Source of the DNA: Actinomycetota bacterium
GTDB taxonomy: Bacteria > Actinomycetota > Acidimicrobiia > IMCC26256 > PALSA-610
Length of the DNA: 64,000 bases
NCBI GenBank assembly: GCA_003134555.1
Contig: PLBO01000103.1
Coordinates: 19,251-83,250 of the forward strand
Direction of reading: 5' to 3'
Shown: positions 27,312-34,230 of the stretch, piece after piece
How the letters are laid out: each line of letters starts with the position of its first letter
How positions within the stretch are numbered: position 1 is the stretch's first letter
The notes under the pieces: model-generated
The model's input: the letters and a program-made list of their open reading frames with translations, nothing else
The model's database searches: none
What the model was told of the DNA's origin: nothing
Translations under genes and position numbers: made by a program

Positions 27312-28487
27312 ATGACCGAACCCGTCTGCGCGCTCGACCTCGCGCGCCTGCGCCGCGACCGCGTCGCGAAGCTCGACGACGCGATGGAGGCCGCCGGCGT
27401 CGACACCGTCGTGCTCTGCGCGCAGCAGAACGTCTCGTACGCAACGGGCACGCGTGTTCCGGCCGCCGACCACGTGCGGGCCTCGTGGTGGCGCGCGGTT
27501 GCGGTGCTCGAGCTGGGCGCACCGTGGCCTCACCTCTACACCGACTTCCCCGAAGGCGCGCCCGACGATCTGCCCGATGAATTCCTGCACCGCGCGATCG
27601 AGGTCGAGACCGCGGCAGGCGCGCGCGAGCTCACGGACAAGATCGGTGGAGGCCGGTTGGCGATCGACGACGCGCCGTTCCCGCTCTGGGACGCGCTCCG
27701 ACCGCGCGAAGTCGTCGACGCGAGCGCGGTGCTCGCGCCCGCGAAGCTTACGAAGACCCCGGACGAGCTCGAATGCATTCGCCAGGCGCAGGCTGTGAAC
27801 GAGCAGGCGATGCGTGCCGTGCGGCCGCTCGCAGTTCCGGGCGCCCGCGCCACCGATCTCTCGGGCGCTTTCCTGCAGGCGATCGCCGAGCTCGGCGCGA
27901 CCGCGAACACCGTCGACCCGGTGTTCCAGGTGATGCCACGGTCGGTTGCCGATGGGCCGTACAGCGTCACCGGCGAACCGGTCTTCCCGATCCCCACCCG
28001 CGCCTCGGAACTGGGTGCGGGCGACGTGATGTGGATCGACTCCGGCATCAACCTACACGGCTACGCGTCGGACTTCGGCGCAACATGGATCGTGGGACGC
28101 GAAGTCGACGACGTCGAACGCGATCAGTTCGCGCGCTGGCGCGCGATCGTCGACCGCGCGTTGCATCGGGTGATGCCGGGTGCGACGGCCGCCGACCTCG
28201 TCGAGGCCGCCGGACTCGATCACGGTCGCCGTCCCTGGCTCTCGTACTTCTACCTGGCGCACGGGATCGGTACCGACAGCGCCGAGATGCCCTTCGTCGG
28301 GACCGACCTCGGCGACGCGTTCGACGCCGCGCTGACGCTGCAGCCCGGCATGGTGCTCGTGTTCGAACCCGTCGTTTGGGACGACGGCCGCGCCGGACAT
28401 CGCTCCGAGGAGATCGTCGCAGTGTCTGCCGACGGGTACGTGCGGCTCTCGGCGCGCGCCGAGCTCGACGAGGGCGCAGCCTCGTGA
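27312..28487 (+). CDS. M24-family metallopeptidase/hydrolase (Xaa-Pro peptidase / creatinase-like)
   Basis: 391 aa. Putative metal ligands are present by eye (WIDSG, ASDFG, AHGIG, VFEPV, SEEIV). ATG lies immediately after the upstream stop. Confidence 0.8.
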   Translation: MTEPVCALDLARLRRDRVAKLDDAMEAAGVDTVVLCAQQNVSYATGTRVPAADHVRASWWRAVAVLELGAPWPHLYTDFPEGAPDDLPDEFLHRAIEVETAAGARELTDKIGGGRLAIDDAPFPLWDALRPREVVDASAVLAPAKLTKTPDELECIRQAQAVNEQAMRAVRPLAVPGARATDLSGAFLQAIAELGATANTVDPVFQVMPRSVADGPYSVTGEPVFPIPTRASELGAGDVMWIDSGINLHGYASDFGATWIVGREVDDVERDQFARWRAIVDRALHRVMPGATAADLVEAAGLDHGRRPWLSYFYLAHGIGTDSAEMPFVGTDLGDAFDAALTLQPGMVLVFEPVVWDDGRAGHRSEEIVAVSADGYVRLSARAELDEGAAS

Positions 28488-29461
28488 GCCGGCTCGCGGC
28501 GTGCATCGACCTGATGGCGCGCGACGCGCTCGACGTGCTCGTGCTCGGACGAGAGGCGAACGCGCGGACCGTCACCGAAGTCTCCCGCCTCTGGCTGGCG
28601 GGGACTCGGCCGTTCTCCCCCGGTTGTGTGGTCGTCCGGCGAACTGCCGCCGTGCATGTTCTCGCCAACACCGACGCGGTCGTCGAGTCTGGCTTCCCCG
28701 TCGAGCGTCTCTACGGCATCACCTGGAATCCGGAAAAGCTGCTCGCCGCGCTCGGTGCGATCGACGGGCTGCAAGACGCCCGGCGCGTCGCGGTCGACGG
28801 GATGACTCCGATGATGAGCGCGCTGCTCGCGGGCGCGATGCCCGCGGCCGAAGTAGTCGACGCCGGACCGTTGTTCGCGGAGCTTTGGAGCGTGCCCGAC
28901 CCAGAGAAGCGCGCGGGTGTCGAGGGCGCGGCGACGGTGGCCGGATGCGGGCTCGGCGCGATGGTCACCGCACTCCGGCCCGACGTGACACCCCGCGAGC
29001 TACGGGGTGTCTGTGCGGCGGCATTCGCGTCGCAAGGCGTCACGACGCCTGCCTTCGAGGCGGTGGCGGCCCCGCTCGACGACAGCTCGTCGACATGGTT
29101 GCCACCCGAGCGCGCCTTCGTCGACGGCGAGCCGGTCGGGTTGCGCGCCGGCGCGCTGCACGACGGCTGGGAGGCATCGCTCGCGCGCACATACGTCGTC
29201 GGGTCGCCGTCGATCGAACAGCCCGCGCCCGCGGGGTGGGACGAGCTCGTGGCCGCGTGCGTCGCAGGCGCGAGCGTGGGCGACCTCCGCCGGCGTGGAG
29301 CCGTCGTCCACGGCGCCGGCCGCGGCGTCGAACCGTGGCCCGACAGCCTGGTCGTGGCGCCCGGGCTCATGATGGCGCTGGAGTACCGCAACGGCGCCAG
29401 ACTCCGCCAGGACATCCTCCGCATCACCGACCGCCACCCGGTGGTCATCACCACCCCCTGA
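28484..29461 (+). CDS. M24-like paralog with degenerate metal site (probable non-catalytic partner)
   Basis: GTG 28484 overlaps the upstream stop (GTGA). It has the creatinase-like N-domain and pita-bread region, but the Asp/Asp ligand positions read LRAGAL / WEASL by eye. Confidence 0.65.
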   Translation: MSRLAACIDLMARDALDVLVLGREANARTVTEVSRLWLAGTRPFSPGCVVVRRTAAVHVLANTDAVVESGFPVERLYGITWNPEKLLAALGAIDGLQDARRVAVDGMTPMMSALLAGAMPAAEVVDAGPLFAELWSVPDPEKRAGVEGAATVAGCGLGAMVTALRPDVTPRELRGVCAAAFASQGVTTPAFEAVAAPLDDSSSTWLPPERAFVDGEPVGLRAGALHDGWEASLARTYVVGSPSIEQPAPAGWDELVAACVAGASVGDLRRRGAVVHGAGRGVEPWPDSLVVAPGLMMALEYRNGARLRQDILRITDRHPVVITTP

Positions 29462-29465
29462 CAAA

Positions 29466-29590
29466 TTTCTTGCCAACAGTTCGCAAGGAAAGTGACCGGC
29501 GGCGTCCGTTTTCTTGCCAACAGTTCGCTGAGAAAGTGACCCCAAGCGCCGGTTTTCCGCGCAACAGTTGCGCGGGAAGCGGGGTTAGGG
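29466..29590. repeat. Three tandem 44-bp-period units with a palindromic core centred on AACAGTT (site A)
   Basis: Core centres lie at 29478, 29522 and 29566. Units 29466-29497 and 29510-29541 are 29/32 identical. The third core is a perfect 19-bp palindrome CCGCGCAACAGTTGCGCGG (29557-29575). The segment is AT-richer than its surroundings and fills the whole gap between convergent genes. Confidence 0.9.
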
Positions 29591-30379
29591 GTTGATCTGG
29601 TTGCGGCCTCGTTCGACGATCTTCATGCGCCGCGACTCGATGCTCGCGGGGTCGAAGCCAGGGCCTTCCCAATCGCGGCTCACCCGGGCCTCGATCTTCC
29701 AGCCTTCGTCGACCGTCGTGCCCGTCACCTCGTCGTAGGTGCGAATCATGCGGCGCACGCCGAGTTGGTCGTTCGACACGATGTCGGCCGCGAGCTTCCG
29801 GCAGTGGGGCAACAGCTCCTCGTGCGGAACCACCTCGTTGACGAGCGACCACTCGTACGCGGTCTGCGCGTCGAGATAGTTGCCCGTGACGCTCATCTGC
29901 TTCGCGCGCGCCACGCCGATGCGCTGCGCGAGCAACACCGTCAGGCCCCAGCCCGGCATCACGCCGACGCGCGCGTGGGTGTCGGCGAAGCGGGCGCGAT
30001 CCGACGCGATGATGAAGTCGCAGTTGAGCGCGACCTCGAAACCGCCGGTCACCGCGACCCCGTTGACCGCGCCGATCAACGGCTTGGTGTGGGGCGGCAG
30101 CGCGCCGCGGAACGTGTCGCGGCTCTCCGCGACTCCGCCGAAGCTCTCGCCTTGCTGCACCTGTCCCGAGCCGAACTCCTTGAGATCGACACCCGCCGAG
30201 AACGCGGGATCGGCGCCTGTGAGGATCAGCACGTCGACGTCGTCGTCGGTGTCGCAGCGCGTGATCGCCGCGGGGAGCTCACGCCGGATGTCGCGATTCA
30301 GCGCGTTCCGCTGATCGGGACGATTCAGCGTGATGACCGCGACCCGGTCGGCGATGTCGATGAGGACGACGTCGCTCAC
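29585..30379 (-). CDS. Enoyl-CoA hydratase/isomerase (crotonase)
   Basis: Motifs GADPAFSAGVDLKEF and GAVNGVAVTGGFEVALNCDF. GTG 30379 overlaps the upstream stop (GTGA). Rare TAA stop at 29585-29587. Confidence 0.88.
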   Translation of the reverse strand: MSDVVLIDIADRVAVITLNRPDQRNALNRDIRRELPAAITRCDTDDDVDVLILTGADPAFSAGVDLKEFGSGQVQQGESFGGVAESRDTFRGALPPHTKPLIGAVNGVAVTGGFEVALNCDFIIASDRARFADTHARVGVMPGWGLTVLLAQRIGVARAKQMSVTGNYLDAQTAYEWSLVNEVVPHEELLPHCRKLAADIVSNDQLGVRRMIRTYDEVTGTTVDEGWKIEARVSRDWEGPGFDPASIESRRMKIVERGRNQINP

Positions 30380-31614
30380 GACGCGCCCCGATAGTCGAAC
30401 GCGACCTTGATCGCGCCCGAGTCGTCCTGCGTGGCGAGCGCGGTGAAGGCGTCTCGCCAGTCTTCGAGCGAGAAGGTGTGGGTCAGCATGCCGGTGAGAT
30501 CGATCCGGCCCGACGACACGAGGTCGAGATAGTGCTGGATGCCGTGCTTGCGCACGCCCTCGACGTCCTCGAAGCCGAAAGCGTTCGAGCCGACCATCGA
30601 GATCTCCTTGAAGTAGAGCGGAGTGTCTTCCCACCACGTCGGTCCGTGCACGCCGGCCTTGACGAGCGTGCCGCGCGCCTTGAGCACCCGGGTGCCGACC
30701 TCGAAGGTCTCCTGCTTGCCGACGGTGTCGTAGACGACGTCGATAAAACCGGGGAACGCCATCGGGAGGCCGTCGCTGGCGCGCAGCACTCCGCCCGACC
30801 ATGCGGCCGCTTCCTCGATCACCTGCAGCGCGGGGGTGTGCCCGATCACCTTCGCGCCGAGCTTGCGGGCCAGCGCGGCCTGCGCCTCGAAGCGGGCGAC
30901 GACGAGTACTTCGACATCGGGATAGAGCGCGCGCAAGATCGCGGTTGCGCACGTTCCCAGCGCGCCCGCGCCGTAGACCATCACCTTTCCGCCCGGCGTC
31001 GGCGGGTGGCGGGTGATCGAGTGCAGCGACACCGCGAACGGGTCGGCGAAGACCGCGAGCTCGTCGGAGACGTTGTCGGGCACTGTGAAGAGCTGCGAGT
31101 CGTGCGCCGACATCACCTGCGCGTAGCCGCCGTTGACGTCACGCGCGGTACCGATGTGGATGCCGGGCGGGATCGGTCCGACGTCGAAGGAGTAGCAGAG
31201 GCTGAAATCACCTACTGCGCACGCCGGGCACAGTGGCGACACGCCGCGCGGACCGCACGAGAGCCACGGGTTCAGCACCACGCGGTCGCCCGTCTGCAAT
31301 CCCTCGGCCTCGGGACCGACCGCGACGACGTCGGCGACGACCTCGTGACCGAGCACCTGCGGAAGCGAGAAGAACCCCTTCATGGGGTTGTCGGGCGAGC
31401 CCACCTCGCCCCAATCCATGAACACCTGCTTCGAATCCGACCCGCAGATCCCGGTGAGCCGCGGTCGGGTCACCACCCAGTCGGGCCCGAAGAAACCGGG
31501 CTCGTCCATGTCGACGAGCTTCATCGGCGTGTGCGCGAGGCTGTGCAGCAGGCGGTTGTCGGTGTCGGGTTCCGGTACGGGTTCGGGCTTCACGCCGTAG
31601 AGCAAGGCTTTCAT
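30376..31614 (-). CDS. Zinc-type medium-chain dehydrogenase/reductase (alcohol dehydrogenase family)
   Basis: 412 aa with GICGSD and GHE catalytic-Zn ligands, the structural Cys cluster CGPRGVSPLCPACAVGDFSLC, and the Rossmann segment VYGAGALG. Confidence 0.85.
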   Translation of the reverse strand: MKALLYGVKPEPVPEPDTDNRLLHSLAHTPMKLVDMDEPGFFGPDWVVTRPRLTGICGSDSKQVFMDWGEVGSPDNPMKGFFSLPQVLGHEVVADVVAVGPEAEGLQTGDRVVLNPWLSCGPRGVSPLCPACAVGDFSLCYSFDVGPIPPGIHIGTARDVNGGYAQVMSAHDSQLFTVPDNVSDELAVFADPFAVSLHSITRHPPTPGGKVMVYGAGALGTCATAILRALYPDVEVLVVARFEAQAALARKLGAKVIGHTPALQVIEEAAAWSGGVLRASDGLPMAFPGFIDVVYDTVGKQETFEVGTRVLKARGTLVKAGVHGPTWWEDTPLYFKEISMVGSNAFGFEDVEGVRKHGIQHYLDLVSSGRIDLTGMLTHTFSLEDWRDAFTALATQDDSGAIKVAFDYRGAS

Positions 31615-31647
31615 GGCGCGGACGGTACACGCCCCGACATCACATCG

Positions 31648-32436
31648 TCACTCCGGCGCGAGTTGCACCTCGAGCCGCGCGGCCACTTCTCGATACCGGC
31701 TCACCGGAATGAGGTGCACGCCGTCGAACGCGCGGGATTCGCGGACACCTTCGACGAGATCACACGCCAACTCGACGCCGGCCTTCGGATCGCGCTCGAT
31801 CGCGCGCAGCCACGCGTCGGGTACCGCGAGCTGCGGAATCTCGGTGCTGATCTTGCGCCCCATGGCCGCGCTCGGAACGACCATGACGCCCGCGTAGACC
31901 GGGCCGTCGAAGTCGATGCCGGCCCGCCACTCGAGCAGTTCCGAAAGCGAGAATCGCACCTGTGCGAACAGGAAGTCGGCCTCGCGCTTCCACGCCGGCA
32001 GCGCTCCGGCACCGGCCGACACTCCGGCGCGGAACGGACGCTCGCCCGTGTAATCGTGCGTTGCCGGAAAGGTCCGCAGCTCGCGCATCATCGACTGCAC
32101 GGTGAGCTGACCGGTGCGCGCGCCCAGGCTCGGACGGTCGCCGTACACGAACAGAAACTGATCGACGCCGTAGGCGGCCGCGGTCAGGAGGTCGCGGCGG
32201 AACCCGAGCAGATTGCGATCGCGGGCGTTCAGACAGGCGATCGACCGGCCGCCCATGCGCTCGACCTCGTGCGCGACCGCGACACTCGACACCGTCGCGC
32301 GGCCGATGTGGTTGTCGGGGATCAGGAACGCGGAAGCCACTTTGCTGAGCACGCCGATCTGGTGGCGCACGTGCATCAGGTCGGGGCGCGTCGGCGGTTC
32401 CACCTCGCACACGACCTCGAAGGCGCGCCCCGTCAC
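31648..32436 (-). CDS. Methylenetetrahydrofolate reductase-like protein (MetF family)
   Basis: 262 aa with FEVVCEVEPP...LIPDNHIGRATVSS...CLNARDRN...FLFVYGD, an MTHFR-like TIM-barrel pattern. Confidence 0.65.
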   Translation of the reverse strand: MTGRAFEVVCEVEPPTRPDLMHVRHQIGVLSKVASAFLIPDNHIGRATVSSVAVAHEVERMGGRSIACLNARDRNLLGFRRDLLTAAAYGVDQFLFVYGDRPSLGARTGQLTVQSMMRELRTFPATHDYTGERPFRAGVSAGAGALPAWKREADFLFAQVRFSLSELLEWRAGIDFDGPVYAGVMVVPSAAMGRKISTEIPQLAVPDAWLRAIERDPKAGVELACDLVEGVRESRAFDGVHLIPVSRYREVAARLEVQLAPE

Positions 32437-32442
32437 GATCGG

Positions 32443-32673
32443 TCAGCTCTCGTCGCGCGCCGCGAGTTTGCGGTCGCGGATGGCGCCGAAGAGCAGCGCG
32501 AGGCCGAACAGACCGACGATCACGCCGATCACGAGCCACAAGACCTCGCCGCTCATGAACGAACCGCCGAGCGCGCCGGAACCCTGCGCGATCCACACAC
32601 CTCCGATCACGAGGAGGATGACCCCGACGATCCTCCGAGTTCGCATCGTTTGGCGTTGCCCGGCGCCGGGCAT
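32443..32673 (-). CDS. Small two-TM membrane protein
   Basis: RRIVGVILLVIGGVWIAQG...VLWLVIGVIVGLFGLALLFGAI. ATG 32673 overlaps the upstream stop (ATGA). An alternative ATG is at 32646. Confidence 0.55.
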   Translation of the reverse strand: MPGAGQRQTMRTRRIVGVILLVIGGVWIAQGSGALGGSFMSGEVLWLVIGVIVGLFGLALLFGAIRDRKLAARDES

Positions 32674-33524
32674 CAGATCGTGAAGGCCATGTTGTCGACG
32701 ATCCGGTCGCCGAGCGCGATATCGCCTTCGACGCGCACGACCCCGCGTTCCCGAGCGTGCGCCCCCGTCCAACGCCCGCCGGCGAGACGCGCGAACGTGC
32801 GCCGGTCGGTCGTGATGCGAACGGACGGATCGGCCGGCACGTCGTCGAGCAACACCGCGCGGCCCTCGGGCGGCACCGAGATCGCGGCGACGATCTCCGG
32901 CGATCCTTCGACTGCGAACACCACAGTGCTGCCAACCGGCGCGCCCGCCTTCTTCCCGACGATGTAGCCGAGGCCCTTGGGCGGGATGCGCGCGAGCGAG
33001 AGGTCGGCAACCGGTCCCTCCAGGAAGCCCGGGAGGTCGATCGCCTCACGGATGTCCTGGTCGTGATACCAGCAGTCGAAGACGCGGATCGCCATGAACT
33101 GCCGGTACGGGCCCGGCCCTTCGGGCGTGAAACCTTCGGCGTCCCATTGCGCCGTGCTCATCGAGCGCAACGCGTCGAGCCGGCGCCCGGTGACGCCACG
33201 GAACTCGTCGAGCAGCTTCTGTCCGTCCCAACCGCGATACGCCGCGATCCAGTGCTCGTTCGCCCTGCCGATGTCGTTGCGCACGTGTGGCGCGTCGGCG
33301 GCGGCCTCGGAGGTCGACGGTTGCTCGCCCGACAACATGCGCTCCGTGCCGATCATGTGCGCGACGTTGTCGAACACCGACCAGCCCGGACAATCGGTGG
33401 GCGTTATCCATTGGTCGGCGGTGAGGCCATCGCAGATCTCGGCGACGTCGGTCCACACCTCTTCCAGGCGGAGAATCAGCGGCTCGGTCATGCGCGCACG
33501 GTAGTCCGCGATACGGCTTCCCAT
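32673..33524 (-). CDS. Mycothiol-dependent maleylpyruvate isomerase (MDMPI/DinB-like, TIGR03083-type) family protein
   Basis: N-terminal DinB-like segment ...DQWITPTDCPGWSVFDNVAHMIG... 283 aa. ATG 33524 is preceded by GGAG. Confidence 0.75.
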   Translation of the reverse strand: MGSRIADYRARMTEPLILRLEEVWTDVAEICDGLTADQWITPTDCPGWSVFDNVAHMIGTERMLSGEQPSTSEAAADAPHVRNDIGRANEHWIAAYRGWDGQKLLDEFRGVTGRRLDALRSMSTAQWDAEGFTPEGPGPYRQFMAIRVFDCWYHDQDIREAIDLPGFLEGPVADLSLARIPPKGLGYIVGKKAGAPVGSTVVFAVEGSPEIVAAISVPPEGRAVLLDDVPADPSVRITTDRRTFARLAGGRWTGAHARERGVVRVEGDIALGDRIVDNMAFTI

Positions 33525-33530
33525 AAACGG

Positions 33531-33543
33531 CTCCCTGAGGGAG
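33531..33543. promoter_or_regulatory. 13-bp palindrome CTCCCTGAGGGAG between divergent start codons
   Basis: A perfect palindrome. Read on either strand it supplies GGGAG/GGAG at Shine-Dalgarno distance from ATG 33524 (minus strand) and GTG 33553 (plus strand). Confidence 0.6.
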
Positions 33544-33552
33544 ACTGCCGAT

Positions 33553-34227
33553 GTGCCCGAGTCGCTGACCTTCTACTTCGACCCGATGTGCCCGTACGCG
33601 TTCCAGACGTCACTCTGGATCCGCGACGTGCGACGACAGCGCGACCTCGACGTCACGTGGCGGTTCTTCTCCCTCGAAGAGGTCAACCTCGTCGCGGGCA
33701 AACGGCACCCGTGGGAACGTCCTTGGTCGTACGGCTTCGGGCAGATGCGGGTCGGTGCGCTGATCCGCCGCGAGCTCGGCAACGACGCGCTCGACCGCTG
33801 GTACGCGGCGATCGGCAACGCGTTCTTCTTCGATGGTCTCAAGACGCACGTTCCCGACGTGCACGCCCGCGTCATCGCCGACGCCGGGTTCGACCCGTCG
33901 TTCGTCGAACGCGCGGTTGGCGACGATTCCACGCTCGCCGAAGTCCGCGACGAGCACCAGGACGCGGTCGCCCGCTACGGCGCACACGGCGTACCAACGC
34001 TCGTGCTCGAGCGCGGATACGCGGTCTACGGTCCGGTCGTCGTGCCCGCGCCCACCGGCGACGACGCGGTCGCGCTCTGGGATCTCGTGCGTTCGATGGA
34101 ACGGTTCCCGCAGCTGTACGAGCTGCGCCACCCGAAGACGATGGGCGATCTCACAACGGTCGCGGAGCACTTCCGCACGTATCTCACGACCCGCGACTGG
34201 CAGACGGTCGAGAATCCGGCGCCGTAG
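33553..34227 (+). CDS. DsbA-like thioredoxin-fold protein of the Rv2466c (mycothiol-dependent reductase) family with a monothiol CPYA site
   Basis: FYFDPMCPYAF compares with FWFDPLCPWCW in Rv2466c as I recall it. GVPTLVL...YGPVV...ALWD...FPQLYELRHPKT parallels the Rv2466c C-terminal half. Confidence 0.7.
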   Translation: MPESLTFYFDPMCPYAFQTSLWIRDVRRQRDLDVTWRFFSLEEVNLVAGKRHPWERPWSYGFGQMRVGALIRRELGNDALDRWYAAIGNAFFFDGLKTHVPDVHARVIADAGFDPSFVERAVGDDSTLAEVRDEHQDAVARYGAHGVPTLVLERGYAVYGPVVVPAPTGDDAVALWDLVRSMERFPQLYELRHPKTMGDLTTVAEHFRTYLTTRDWQTVENPAP

Positions 34228-34230
34228 CCG

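Noticed and set aside
29466-29590. CRISPR array interpretation of the 44-bp-period repeats
   Set aside because: There are only 2-3 units per locus. The non-core stretches are themselves repeated between units rather than unique spacers. The cores are palindromes centred on AACAGTT. No cas genes are in the window.
29492-29593. Mini-ORFs starting at the GAAAGTGACC motif inside the repeat units (15 and 19 codons)
   Set aside because: The putative Shine-Dalgarno (GGAAAG) abuts the GTG with no spacer. The peptides are not similar to each other beyond the repeat-imposed identity, and nothing suggests that they are coding.
30478-32967. 829-aa plus-strand ORF, and the similar 575..2197, 26163..27590 and 61377..63194 ORFs
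   Set aside because: These are antisense shadows of well-supported genes (MDR/MTHFR-like; serA/aminotransferase; DUF4202/M24; SNF2). Their compositions are dominated by R, A, G, D and H with no domain signatures.
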